This document shows, in pieces, positions 19,918 to 29,927 of a stretch of 64,000 bases of DNA; the stretch's first letter is position 1, and every line of letters begins with the position of its first letter. The notes under the pieces were generated by a model. That model was not told where the DNA came from and did no database searches. It worked only from the letters and a program-made list of their open reading frames with translations. Source of the DNA: Candidatus Omnitrophota bacterium (lineage in GTDB: Bacteria > Omnitrophota > Gorgyraeia > JAGLLT01); NCBI GenBank assembly GCA_023140385.1, contig JAGLLT010000018.1, positions 6,071 through 70,070 of the forward strand, given 5' to 3'. The position numbers were made by a program, and so were the translations under genes.

Positions 19918-20931
19918 ATGACGTTATTTTTTTTAAGATTATTTTTTGTAATAGTGGGAGGGGTGGTGGGTTATCACACAACCTTTATTTTATTTTCCAC
20001 TGACAAGGGTATGATGGGCCTTGGTGTGGGGGTAGTAGCGGCGGCATTGATTATTGTTATCGAAAAGGTAACTAAAAACATTTCGCTTCGGGGGCTTTCT
20101 TCCGCGGTCTTCGGCCTGTTCTTAGGTTTGATCATTGCATGGTTAATTAGAAATCTTCTTGATCTTATTCCCACCCTGGATACGAACGTAAAGTACATTT
20201 CAGGTTTGATTGTAACGGTAATTCTTTGTTATTTAGGCATTGTGCTTTCAATGAGAGGGCGGGATGAATTCAACATCGTTATTCCTTATGTGCGGTTCAG
20301 CCGTCAGGATCAGGAGGAGGAATTGCTGATTTTAGACACTTCTGTTATTATTGACGGACGGATTGCCGATATAGCCCTGACAAAATTTATAGGCGGTAAT
20401 TTTATTATTCCACATTTTGTCTTAAGAGAACTGCAGCATATTGCCGATTCCCGCGACTCTTTAAAGCGGGCCCGCGGCCGGCGCGGATTAGACATTTTAA
20501 ATAAACTGAAAAAGATACCTAACGTGCAGATAAAGATACATCAACAGGATTTTCCGGAAATCAGCGAGGTCGATCACAAACTTGTTAAACTGGCCAAAGT
20601 TTTAGAAGCTAAGCTTGTGACCAATGATTACAACTTGAATAAGGTGGCGGCAATTCAAAATATCTCGGTTTTAAACATTAATGAACTTGCTAATTCCTTA
20701 AAGCCCGTGGTCTTGCCGGGTGAGCAAATGGAAGTAAAGATTGTGAGGGAAGGGACGGAGTATAATCAGGGAGTCGGCTATCTTGATGACGGGACGATGA
20801 TTGTGGTGGATAATTCCAAGCATCTTATCGGCCGTGTCATAAAGGTTGAGATTTCAAGTGTACTGCAGACAACAGCCGGAAAGATGATTTTTGCCAGAAT
20901 GGGTAACGGGGTGAAAAAAAACAGAAGGTAA
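19918..20931 (+). CDS. Membrane PIN/TRAM domain protein (YacL family)
   Basis: N-terminal TMs, LDTSVIIDGRI, RGRRGLDIL, TNDYNLNKVA, QGVGYLDDGTM. Confidence 0.93.
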   Translation: MTLFFLRLFFVIVGGVVGYHTTFILFSTDKGMMGLGVGVVAAALIIVIEKVTKNISLRGLSSAVFGLFLGLIIAWLIRNLLDLIPTLDTNVKYISGLIVTVILCYLGIVLSMRGRDEFNIVIPYVRFSRQDQEEELLILDTSVIIDGRIADIALTKFIGGNFIIPHFVLRELQHIADSRDSLKRARGRRGLDILNKLKKIPNVQIKIHQQDFPEISEVDHKLVKLAKVLEAKLVTNDYNLNKVAAIQNISVLNINELANSLKPVVLPGEQMEVKIVREGTEYNQGVGYLDDGTMIVVDNSKHLIGRVIKVEISSVLQTTAGKMIFARMGNGVKKNRR

Positions 20932-20937
20932 GAGTCA

Positions 20938-21618
20938 ATGAAGGCAAGCGCTGTAATTGTGGCCGCGGGCAGCTCAAGAAGGCTGCCGGCGGAAAAAAGA
21001 AAGCCTTTTATTTTAGTAGGAGGCAAGCCGCTATTGGCCTACACACTCGGGAAGTTTTTTCACTCCGGGTCAATTGATACTATTATTCTGACGGTGAACA
21101 GTAAAGATTTAAAGTTGGCGCGCGCGCTGGCAAAGAAGTATGGATACGGAAACAGGCTAAAAATAATTTCCGGGGGCAGGACAAGGAAGGAGTCGGTCAG
21201 GAGAGGCCTTAAAGAAGTGCCGAATGAGACTGATTATGTTGTTGTCCACGACGGTGTACGCCCTTTTTTCAATGAGAAGTCCTTGAGTAAGCTGCTTAAG
21301 ATGGCCGCGAAGCACGGAGCGGCGATTTTGGCGGTACCGGTTGTGCCTACCGTTAAAAAGGTGGGAAAGGGCCTGTTTATTGAGAGCACTTTAGATAGAG
21401 AGAAGTTATGGGAAGCTCAGACCCCTCAGGTTTTTAAAAAGGAACTTCTTGAAAAAGCGCATAAAAAGTTTTGTAGACAAAAGGCCACAGATGACTCCTC
21501 CTTAGTTGAGCGGTTGGGAATAAAGGTTAAGGTAGTAAAGGGCAGTCGAAAAAACATTAAGATTACAACCCCCGAAGACCTGGCGGCGGTTGAACTTTTG
21601 ATAAAGGAAAAGAGCTAA
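20938..21618 (+). CDS. ispD: 2-C-methyl-D-erythritol 4-phosphate cytidylyltransferase
   Basis: AAGSSRR, HDGVRP, QTPQVF, TDD, NIKITTPEDL. Confidence 0.95.
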   Translation: MKASAVIVAAGSSRRLPAEKRKPFILVGGKPLLAYTLGKFFHSGSIDTIILTVNSKDLKLARALAKKYGYGNRLKIISGGRTRKESVRRGLKEVPNETDYVVVHDGVRPFFNEKSLSKLLKMAAKHGAAILAVPVVPTVKKVGKGLFIESTLDREKLWEAQTPQVFKKELLEKAHKKFCRQKATDDSSLVERLGIKVKVVKGSRKNIKITTPEDLAAVELLIKEKS

Positions 21619-22100
21619 TGATAAAAATAGGTTATGGATATGATTCGCATAATTTAACAGAAAACAGAGACCTGATTTTAGGAGGTGTTAAAATACCTTA
21701 CTTTAAAGGGCTGGAGGGACATTCGGATGCTGACGTACTAACTCATGCCATATGCGACGCTCTTTTGGGGGCAATGGGCAAAGGAGATATAGGGGAGCAT
21801 TTTCCGCCGGATGAAAGAAAGTATAAAGATATTTCAAGCTTTAGCCTACTCAAAGATGTGTTAAAAATGCTTGAGGAAGCCAAATACAAAATTGTGAATA
21901 TTGATACTTTAATAATTGCCGAAGAGCCTAAAATGAGCCCTTTTAAAAAAAAGATGAAAGACCGTCTTAATCAGGTGTTGAATTTAGGGGAGGACAGCCT
22001 GAATATTAAAGCGACTACTATGGAGGCCAGGGGTTCAATAGGCAGGGGAGAGGCGATCGCGGCAAAGGCAGTGGTGCTGATCGAGAAGGAGAAAGATTAA
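21618..22100 (+). CDS. ispF: 2-C-methyl-D-erythritol 2,4-cyclodiphosphate synthase
   Basis: GYDSH, GHSDADV, DALLGA, GDIG, NIKATT. Confidence 0.96.
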   Translation: MIKIGYGYDSHNLTENRDLILGGVKIPYFKGLEGHSDADVLTHAICDALLGAMGKGDIGEHFPPDERKYKDISSFSLLKDVLKMLEEAKYKIVNIDTLIIAEEPKMSPFKKKMKDRLNQVLNLGEDSLNIKATTMEARGSIGRGEAIAAKAVVLIEKEKD

Positions 22101-22103
22101 CCT

Positions 22104-22829
22104 ATGTTATTTTTGAAAATTATGTTATCAATGTTGTTTGCTTTTACGATAGTACCTTTTCTTTTTTTACTGGCTGCTTCTATCTATTTCAAAAAAGAAA
22201 TTAAAGCTGTTTTTGAAAGGGATCCGGCGGCAACCAGTTACTGGGAGGTACTTTTAACCTATTCCAGCCTCCATGCTATTATTTTACACCGCATTGCCCA
22301 TAAAACGCGCGGAAGCGGAATACCTTTTCTTCCCAGGCTTATTTCCCAGATTTCCCGTTTTATTACCGCGGTAGAGATACACCCGGCGGCCAGTATCGGA
22401 GAGGAGTTTTTCATTGACCATGGTATGGGAGTTGTCATAGGCGAAACGACGGTTATCGGAGACAGGGTTACAATATTTCAAGGTGTAACTTTGGGCGGTA
22501 CGGGGAAGGAGCGGGGTAAAAGGCACCCTACCATCGGAAACAACGTGGTTATCGGCGCCGGCGCGAAAATATTAGGCAGTATAAAAATTGGAAACAATGT
22601 TAATATTGGCGCCAACGCCGTAGTTATCAGAGATGTGCCCGATGACTCTACAGTAGTAGGCGTCCCGGGCAGAATTGCCCGGAAAAAGGGTGAAAAGATA
22701 GTAGGCATAAACATTGATTACACTAATTTGCCGGATCCTCTAAGCGCGCGGCTGGAAAATTTACAGCATGAAATTGATGTAATAGAAAAAGAAATTAAAA
22801 CGCACCGCGAAAAAAAAGAGAACAGTTAG
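22104..22829 (+). CDS. cysE: Serine O-acetyltransferase with hydrophobic N-terminal extension
   Basis: [40 protein letters not shown]; upstream of cysS. Confidence 0.93.
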   Translation: MLFLKIMLSMLFAFTIVPFLFLLAASIYFKKEIKAVFERDPAATSYWEVLLTYSSLHAIILHRIAHKTRGSGIPFLPRLISQISRFITAVEIHPAASIGEEFFIDHGMGVVIGETTVIGDRVTIFQGVTLGGTGKERGKRHPTIGNNVVIGAGAKILGSIKIGNNVNIGANAVVIRDVPDDSTVVGVPGRIARKKGEKIVGINIDYTNLPDPLSARLENLQHEIDVIEKEIKTHREKKENS

Positions 22830-22832
22830 ACG

Positions 22833-24341
22833 ATGGCGCTTAAGATATATAACTCACTTATAAACAGAAAAGAAGAGTTTAAACCGATAGCGGCCGGTGA
22901 AGTTAAAATGTACGTTTGCGGAGTTACCGTCTATGATAAATGCCACATTGGCCATGCCAGGGGAGCCTTTGTTTTTGACGTAGTCAGAGATTATTTAACG
23001 TATAAAAGGTATGAAGTTACGTATGTCAAAAATATTACGGATGTAGACGATAAAATTATAAATAAGGCAGCTGAATTAGTTGAGGAGTATAAAAAGAAAG
23101 GTATTAATAAAACTCTTAACGAAGCCGTTGAAGAGATTACAGCCTGTTATATAGATGCTTATTATGAGGATATGGATGCTCTGGGTATTAAAAAGGCGGA
23201 TATTGAGCCCAGGGCCACAGAGCATATTGATGATATGATAAAGATGATCGAGGGGCTTATTGAAAAAGGGTATGCTTATGAAGTTGACGGTGATGTTTAT
23301 TTTGATGTAAAAAAATATAAAGATTATGGACAACTTTCCAATCAGAGCGTTGAAGAACTGCAGGAGGGAGTTCGCAAGGAAGTTGATAAGAAAAAGAGAA
23401 GCGCTCTTGATTTCGCGCTTTGGAAAAAGGTAAAAGAGCATGAACCCCATTGGCAGAGCCCTTTTTCGAATGGAAGGCCCGGCTGGCATTTGGAATGCTC
23501 TGCTATGAGTATTAAGTATTTGGGAGATAATTTTGATATACACGGGGGCGGCAGAGATCTTATCTTTCCTCATCATGAAAATGAAATTGCCCAGGCTGAA
23601 TGCTATACCGGCAAGCCCTTTGCTAATGTCTGGATGCATAACGGTTTGCTGACGGTTGAGGGGCAAAAAATGGCTAAGTCGCTGGGCAACTTTGTAACTA
23701 TCTCCGAGATTATCAAAAAATACCATCCTGAAACCCTGAAGCTTCTTTTTTTATTGAGCCATTACGCGAGCCCCGTAGATTTTACCTTTGAAAAAATGGA
23801 TGAGGCTCGTACAGCAAGAAAAAAATTTTACAGCCTGTTTGAGAAGATTGAGAATGTCCTTAAGGACGCCGGGCAGGCAGAAGAGGGCGCCGCGGCGGCC
23901 GAGGAAGCGGCATTGAAGAGGAGTCTGGATGATTGTGCCCGCGGGCTTGAAAAGGCAAGTCAGGGTTTTATCGAGGCTATGGATGATGACTTTAATACGC
24001 CGACGGCCTTGTCGCGCCTTTTTGACATAGTTAACCTGATAAATAAGTTTATCAGAGATGAAAGCGTCGCGCTTAAAGCTAAAGTCGCGATTTTAAAGTC
24101 TGCTAAGTTCACCTTGAAAGAATTTGGCGGCATCCTGGGACTTTTTCAAAAGGATGAAAAAAATGAGGCGGGTGAAGAAATGGAATTACTTAATAAAGTT
24201 ATGGCTATTATCCTTGATATAAGACAGAAGGCGCGGCAGGGTAAAAACTTTGAATTGTCGGACAGTATTAGAGAGCGCCTTGAAGACGCGGGCCTTATCT
24301 TAGAGGACGAGAAAGGTAAGACGGTCTGGAGGAAAAAGTAA
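22833..24341 (+). CDS. cysS: Cysteine--tRNA ligase
   Basis: CGVTVYD, HIGH, GRPGWHLECS, FPHHENE, KMAKS. Confidence 0.98.
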   Translation: MALKIYNSLINRKEEFKPIAAGEVKMYVCGVTVYDKCHIGHARGAFVFDVVRDYLTYKRYEVTYVKNITDVDDKIINKAAELVEEYKKKGINKTLNEAVEEITACYIDAYYEDMDALGIKKADIEPRATEHIDDMIKMIEGLIEKGYAYEVDGDVYFDVKKYKDYGQLSNQSVEELQEGVRKEVDKKKRSALDFALWKKVKEHEPHWQSPFSNGRPGWHLECSAMSIKYLGDNFDIHGGGRDLIFPHHENEIAQAECYTGKPFANVWMHNGLLTVEGQKMAKSLGNFVTISEIIKKYHPETLKLLFLLSHYASPVDFTFEKMDEARTARKKFYSLFEKIENVLKDAGQAEEGAAAAEEAALKRSLDDCARGLEKASQGFIEAMDDDFNTPTALSRLFDIVNLINKFIRDESVALKAKVAILKSAKFTLKEFGGILGLFQKDEKNEAGEEMELLNKVMAIILDIRQKARQGKNFELSDSIRERLEDAGLILEDEKGKTVWRKK

Positions 24342-24431
24342 CTTTTCCCACCATATTCTTTTCAAACTGCTAATCGGCAGCCGGTTGCGTATTTTAACAA
24401 CAAAATACTTCTAAAAGACAATTATTTACTC

Positions 24432-24461
24432 TTGACTTTATTTCTTGTATTGTGGTATATT
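24432..24461 (+). promoter_or_regulatory. Putative sigma70 promoter P1 upstream of the DGC/polysaccharide locus
   Basis: TTGACT-18 nt-TATATT with extended TGn. Confidence 0.45.
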
Positions 24462-24576
24462 AAATAAGTATTTTTTAGAGGTATAGGGGCGGACAAGAAA
24501 CGCCTTTTCCTGATGAAATATACATATTTTGCTAACCCGCTATCTTGTATAGATGACCGGCAGTGGTTACAACATC

Positions 24577-24605
24577 TTGACAAAGCAGCGGGGGTAGTGT
24601 ATATT
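24577..24605 (+). promoter_or_regulatory. Putative sigma70 promoter P2 upstream of the DGC/polysaccharide locus
   Basis: TTGACA-17 nt-TATATT. Confidence 0.6.
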
Positions 24606-24734
24606 TATAAAAAAGTTAGGACTATAAAGTATTATATACTTTAATATTAACCGACTCCGCCAAACGACTGCCAAACAAAAGGCAGAGTAGTGGAAGTATT
24701 GTATTTAAAGGGGGTTGGGTAAAAGAGACGGACT

Positions 24735-26741
24735 ATGAAGAATAAGAAGATTATTTTAATTGAAGGCAAGGCGGGGGTTTCAGAAAAACTGCTGCCTTTA
24801 TTGGAAGAGCAGAATTGTGAGGTTTTTATAAGCAGAGAAGGCTTAAGCGGTATTCAGGACGTATATCAGCATAAACCCGACCTCATTTTTCTGGACTCGT
24901 CTATTGAAGATATTTCCGCTTTTCAGGTATGCACCTTTTTGAAGGATAAAGATGACTTTAAAGAGATACCCATTGTACTGTTAGGGGCAGATAAAGCGGA
25001 GGAGTTAAATTTTTTCAGAATTAAGGAAGGCGTTCTTGATTTTATTGATGTCTCACAGGACTTAGACTGGATAAATCAGCAGATTAAAGCCATTCTTGAC
25101 AAACATCAGGAGAGCCTCTTCGCGTCAAAGAGTTTTAAGCTCATCGAAGAACTTACTGAAAGCATTCGCCGGTTATCCGGCGGCGGCCAGGCGGATAATA
25201 CGGAAGAAGGAGCGCTGGCTGTGCTGTGTGAAGAGATAGTCTATAAGGTTACTTCAATTTTAAACTCCGAAGTGGGTTCTTTGATGATGATGGATGAAGC
25301 CGGCGGCCACCTTTTTATAAAAGCCGCCCGAGGATTAGATGAAGACGTAATAAATAACACCAGAGTAAAGCTGGGAGAGAAGGTATCCGGCTGGGTAGCC
25401 AAAAGAGGCAGGCCTGTTCTGGTGACTGATATAGAAAAAGATTCAAGGTTTCCTAAGGCAAGTAATGGCAGGTATTATACTAGCTCCTTATTAAGCGCTC
25501 CGCTTAATCTGGGAAGGCTAAAAGGAGTTATAAATGTTAATAATAAGACTACTAAAGAGCCTTATAATGAGAAAGACCTGGCTCTTTTAACGGCACTAAT
25601 AAAGCATCTCAGTTCTACCGCCGAAAACGTGGCCCTTTTTAAAGAACTCGCGGATAGAAACGAGAGGCTCGAGAAGTTAAGGTCGGATAAGAAGATATTG
25701 TCCGGGATTAACAAACTCCTTGATAAAGAACTTTATGATATTGGGATTTCATACGAAATAAATAAAATATTAAATTCCGATTTAGATTATAAGCAGACCA
25801 TAAGCGCGGTAATAGAGTTAATTGAAAGCAGTGTAGACTATCATTTTTGCGGGCTGCTGCTTTTAGATAATGTGCAGGAGGCGGAGCTGATGGTGAGCAT
25901 TAAGTATCCTGCCTCTGAATTTGACCTGGCCGCTTTTAAGGTTAAGACAATTGATACCTTTTATCAGGTATCCGGGTACAATATTCTGCTGGAGAGAATA
26001 GCTTTAAACAGGACTGCCGGGCCGGCTATACTGGTTGCCGAAGCAAAAAAGGATAAAGATGTTCTGAGCAGTTTTCATGCCATAGGATTGAATATAAAAA
26101 ATAAATGCCTGGGACTTTTGGCTGTGAGTCATTCCAGGCCGGAGGCATTCAGCCGTAAAGACCTGAAGCTTCTTTCTATGATTGCCGATCATTCGGTTTT
26201 GGCTATTAATAACGCAGCCTTACATAAGAGAATAAAAAAACTTTCAATAACAGATGGTTTAACGGGGCTTTATGTGTATAGGCATTTTCAGGACAGATTG
26301 GACGAGGAGATAAGGAGGGCCGGAAGATATCAGGAACAGCTTTCCATAATCCTTGTGGACATTGATGGGTTCAAGAGTGTCAATGATAACTTTGGCCATT
26401 TGGTGGGCGATGAGGTTTTAAAGGAGATAAGCCGGATCTTGCTAAAGGCTTGCCGTGAAGTTGATGTAGTTGCCCGTTACGGCGGGGATGAGTTCGCGGT
26501 AATTTTGCCGCAGACCGATAAGGAAGGGTCGTTTTACGTGGCAGAGAGAATAAGGAAGGCAATAAAAGGTAATAACTTCAAATCGCGCGCCCCAGAGCCG
26601 ATTAATTTAACGGTGAGCTGCGGAGCGGCATCGTTTGGTGAATCCGTGAAGGAAAGGGACGTTCTTATCAAAAAGGCCGACGACGCTTTATACCAGGCGA
26701 AAAATGAAGGTAAGAACAAGACGGCGCTAAATCAAGTATAA
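24735..26741 (+). CDS. Diguanylate cyclase (degenerate REC-GAF-GAF-GGDEF)
   Basis: DIDGFKSVNDNFGHLVGD, I-site REVD, RYGGDEF; two GAF-like segments; the N-terminal REC-like domain keeps the Asp but lacks the usual Thr and Lys. Confidence 0.93.
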   Translation: MKNKKIILIEGKAGVSEKLLPLLEEQNCEVFISREGLSGIQDVYQHKPDLIFLDSSIEDISAFQVCTFLKDKDDFKEIPIVLLGADKAEELNFFRIKEGVLDFIDVSQDLDWINQQIKAILDKHQESLFASKSFKLIEELTESIRRLSGGGQADNTEEGALAVLCEEIVYKVTSILNSEVGSLMMMDEAGGHLFIKAARGLDEDVINNTRVKLGEKVSGWVAKRGRPVLVTDIEKDSRFPKASNGRYYTSSLLSAPLNLGRLKGVINVNNKTTKEPYNEKDLALLTALIKHLSSTAENVALFKELADRNERLEKLRSDKKILSGINKLLDKELYDIGISYEINKILNSDLDYKQTISAVIELIESSVDYHFCGLLLLDNVQEAELMVSIKYPASEFDLAAFKVKTIDTFYQVSGYNILLERIALNRTAGPAILVAEAKKDKDVLSSFHAIGLNIKNKCLGLLAVSHSRPEAFSRKDLKLLSMIADHSVLAINNAALHKRIKKLSITDGLTGLYVYRHFQDRLDEEIRRAGRYQEQLSIILVDIDGFKSVNDNFGHLVGDEVLKEISRILLKACREVDVVARYGGDEFAVILPQTDKEGSFYVAERIRKAIKGNNFKSRAPEPINLTVSCGAASFGESVKERDVLIKKADDALYQAKNEGKNKTALNQV

Positions 26742-26754
26742 AGAAAGATAATTT

Positions 26755-28284
26755 ATGAAAAAAATAAAATTTATGGCAGGGTTGGTTTTCTTTTTAGTTT
26801 TTTGCTTTTTGGAAACACCGGTTATCCGCGCGGACGGTGGTTTAGTATCCATAGAGGCGGAGGATGAGGAGATTTCTGATGTCTTATACTCAATTGCCGA
26901 AGATAATAACTTAAATCTGGTTGTCGGTAAGAACATAAGCGGCAGGGTAACGGTTAAGCTTGACAGTGTTCCCTTAGAAGATGCCCTGAGGGCAATTTTA
27001 CAGCCGAATAGTTATACCTATACTATTGACGGGGATATGGTTACCGTTTACAGTTATGGTGAATTTCAGCAGCACGAGAGATTCAGCCCTCTGGTAACTA
27101 AGGTTTTTACCCTGGAGAACATTGAGGTCTCCTCCCTAAGACGAGCCTTTTTATCTATGAAGACAACCAGGGGAAGAATGGAGCTGAACTTATTGGGCAA
27201 TCAGGTAATTATAACGGATACTAAGGATAGGATAAAACAGCTAGAGAAGGCTTTAAAGGAGATGGATGTTAAGAGGGACTTTAAAAAGTATAAGCTGAAT
27301 TATGCTAAGGCCGCGGATGTTATAGGAAAATTGACCCAGATTATTTCAGAAGACAGGGGCGACGTATTTTTAGATGAAAGAACCAATAGCATTGTAATCA
27401 GGGCCGCGGGCCCTCTGCTTCAGAATATTGATGAGTTGATTGAAGGATGGGATGTACAGCACAAGCAGGTTTTGATTGAAGCGAAAATCTTAGAGGTAAC
27501 CTTAAATAAGAACAAAAAGCTGGGCATTAACTGGGAGTATGATACACCTGATTCCGCCCGGCGGGGAGAACCCGCCCAGTGGGACCTGAGGGGAGATTTT
27601 TCTCAGAACCTGACCTCGGGAGGGATCTTTCAGGTTGGCACTTTGACCGCTGATGATTATCAGATAACGCTGGAGATGCTGGAGAGTCACAGTGATACTG
27701 AAGTTCTTTCAAGTCCCAGGATTGTTGTTATAGACAACCATGAAGCTAATATTTTGGTCGGCAGTGAAGAGCCCTATATAGTTACTTCCACAGATCCTGA
27801 CACCGGCTGGATATTTGAAGAGACAAAGTTTAAAGATGTGGGTTTGAAATTAGTGGTAACCCCCCAAATAGATGAGAATGATTATGTTACAATGACTATC
27901 CATCCCGAGGTAAGCACCGCCAGGCGGGTGGCTGAGGTATCCAATGCTTTAGCTATAGACACGACCCAGGCCGATACGACTCTGATGGTTAAAAATGGAG
28001 AAACGGTTGTCTTGGGAGGGTTAATGAAGGATACGCGCTCTAAGACGGTAAAAAAGGTACCTCTTTTAGGCGACATTCCTATTCTCGGATACTTGTTCAG
28101 AAGCACAGAAGAGGAGGATAAAAAAACTGAAATAATTGTTTTTATTACTCCCCATATATTAACTGATGACAATCGGCAGTCTGTTTCCCGCGAGAGAATT
28201 AAGGGTGTAGCTGAAAGGACAAATACCACCTTTGATCTGCTTGATGAAGGTGTGCAATTTGAACAGGAAGAACGACTCCAGTAA
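26755..28284 (+). CDS. Secretin (PilQ/GspD family outer-membrane channel)
   Basis: Signal peptide, N0 and N-domain repeats, QVLIEAKILEV, LSSPRI, GLKLVVTPQI, GETVVLGGL, KVPLLGDIPILGYLF, IVFITPHI. Confidence 0.93.
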   Translation: MKKIKFMAGLVFFLVFCFLETPVIRADGGLVSIEAEDEEISDVLYSIAEDNNLNLVVGKNISGRVTVKLDSVPLEDALRAILQPNSYTYTIDGDMVTVYSYGEFQQHERFSPLVTKVFTLENIEVSSLRRAFLSMKTTRGRMELNLLGNQVIITDTKDRIKQLEKALKEMDVKRDFKKYKLNYAKAADVIGKLTQIISEDRGDVFLDERTNSIVIRAAGPLLQNIDELIEGWDVQHKQVLIEAKILEVTLNKNKKLGINWEYDTPDSARRGEPAQWDLRGDFSQNLTSGGIFQVGTLTADDYQITLEMLESHSDTEVLSSPRIVVIDNHEANILVGSEEPYIVTSTDPDTGWIFEETKFKDVGLKLVVTPQIDENDYVTMTIHPEVSTARRVAEVSNALAIDTTQADTTLMVKNGETVVLGGLMKDTRSKTVKKVPLLGDIPILGYLFRSTEEEDKKTEIIVFITPHILTDDNRQSVSRERIKGVAERTNTTFDLLDEGVQFEQEERLQ

Positions 28285-28286
28285 TT

Positions 28287-29894
28287 ATGCCAAATCCCGC
28301 GCAAAAAACACAAGTTACCGTAAAAGATTATCTCCTTATAATATTTCTGCGTAAGAAATTTTTTCTCCTTCCCTTTTTAATTGTCTTTTTTACCGCTTCT
28401 ATCGGAAGTTTTTTTATGCCTAAGTATTACCGTTCAGCGGTAATGGTGAAGGTGGAAGATAAAAAGCCGGTTAATCCTTTAGCGGTGCCGGAAAGAAGGG
28501 GCACGACTGATGAAGATAAAACCTTAGTTGAAAAAATGAGAACTCTTACAGAAGAAATCTTAAGCTACCACCGCTTAATTTTTTTAATAAATGAATTGAA
28601 TCTTCGGGAAAGTCTTGGCAGTATTTCAACTACTACGGAGTCGCTAATTACAGCTTTAAGAAAAAGCATAAAAGTCAAGATGATATCCCCTGAAATTTTC
28701 CTGGTCTCTTATGAAGATAAAGATCCCCAGCAGGCAAAGGATGTCGTTAATAGGTTAGTGGGGATATTTATCGATGAGCAGATTAAGCAAAAAGAAGAAG
28801 AGGCCATGGCCGGAGTTGAGTATGCCGAGTCTGAGGCCGAACTTTATAAAGAAGAACTTGAAAAGGCGGAAGAAAAATTTAAGAAGTACAGAGAAAAACA
28901 CGCCTTGCAGCTGCCGGGTAGAGAGCTTGATATGAACGTTGACATTCTGGTCAGCTATGAGCTTCAGCTAACCAGTTTAAGAATGGACCAAAAGAACCTG
29001 CAGGAAGAAATTAACAAGATAAAGAGGCAGTTGAGCGGCAGAGAAGCGGTAATTATCTCTGATGATATGCTTGATTTAAACCCTATAGTTATTGAACTTA
29101 ATAGAGATTTGCAGGAGCTGCGGCTCGCAATAGATAATCTTCTATTGAGTGACCCGGAGTCAGAAAAGATATATGAGCTTCAACAGGCCTTAGAAGATAC
29201 ACGCCGGCGCCTGCAGGAAGAGATAGAGAAGACGGTTAACGCGGAGACCATAGTCAGCGACCCCTTATTTTATCAGCGCCTGTCCCAACGCTTTAAAGGC
29301 GCCGATCAGAGAATGAATGAGCTAAAGGATAGAGAGAGCGAGTTAACGCGGCTGAAGGAGATGTATGAGAAGAGGATAAAGACCCTGCCCGCACAGGAAG
29401 CGGAGTATAGCCGTTTGGGCAGGGACGTTGAGCTAAACAGCCAGTTATACAGGTCTCTCCGGATAAAGGCGGAAGAAGGCCGCCTGACAGCAGAGGAACT
29501 AAAGAAAATAGGTATTAATTATGAGTTGATAGAAGAAGGCCGTCTTCCTCTCAAGGCCTCCAAGCCGAAAAAGCTGTTAATTACTGTAGTTTCTTTACTT
29601 TTGGGTGTTATGTCGGGCTTTGGCTGTGTGTTTCTGGCAGAGTTTTCAGACCGCTCCTTTAAAAGTACCGAAGATGCCATTGGCTATATGGAAATACCGT
29701 GCCTGGGCTCTGTGTCCAAGATAATGACACGGGGTGAGCTAGCTTCCAGAAGGAGAAGAGAAAGAAGCGCCGCTATCCTGATTGTATGTTTAGCAGTTAT
29801 ACTAATTACCGCCGGTATAGTGTCAACCTATAAAGAAAATGAAGAGGTAAGATTGAAAATTGCCGAGCAGGAAAAACTTGAAGAAGCTGATTAA
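28287..29894 (+). CDS. Polysaccharide co-polymerase (Wzz/GumC/Wzc N-terminal type)
   Basis: N-terminal TM then PKYYRS; long periplasmic coiled coil; Pro-rich LPLKASKPKK before TM2; DRSFKS...EIPCLG; extra C-terminal TM. Confidence 0.88.
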   Translation: MPNPAQKTQVTVKDYLLIIFLRKKFFLLPFLIVFFTASIGSFFMPKYYRSAVMVKVEDKKPVNPLAVPERRGTTDEDKTLVEKMRTLTEEILSYHRLIFLINELNLRESLGSISTTTESLITALRKSIKVKMISPEIFLVSYEDKDPQQAKDVVNRLVGIFIDEQIKQKEEEAMAGVEYAESEAELYKEELEKAEEKFKKYREKHALQLPGRELDMNVDILVSYELQLTSLRMDQKNLQEEINKIKRQLSGREAVIISDDMLDLNPIVIELNRDLQELRLAIDNLLLSDPESEKIYELQQALEDTRRRLQEEIEKTVNAETIVSDPLFYQRLSQRFKGADQRMNELKDRESELTRLKEMYEKRIKTLPAQEAEYSRLGRDVELNSQLYRSLRIKAEEGRLTAEELKKIGINYELIEEGRLPLKASKPKKLLITVVSLLLGVMSGFGCVFLAEFSDRSFKSTEDAIGYMEIPCLGSVSKIMTRGELASRRRRERSAAILIVCLAVILITAGIVSTYKENEEVRLKIAEQEKLEEAD

Positions 29895-29927
29895 TTTTGA
29901 TAATGGATTGGGAGTACAAGTATAAAG

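Noticed and set aside
24606-24734. c-di-GMP riboswitch in the DGC leader (two GCCAAAC copies, CTGCC/GGCAG hairpin)
   Set aside because: Lacks the GEMM two-hairpin consensus as far as I can see; only a short stem. An Rfam scan would settle it.
26755-28284. Calling a type II secretion or type IV pilus system from the secretin
   Set aside because: No ATPase, platform, pilin or prepilin peptidase genes occur in the window.
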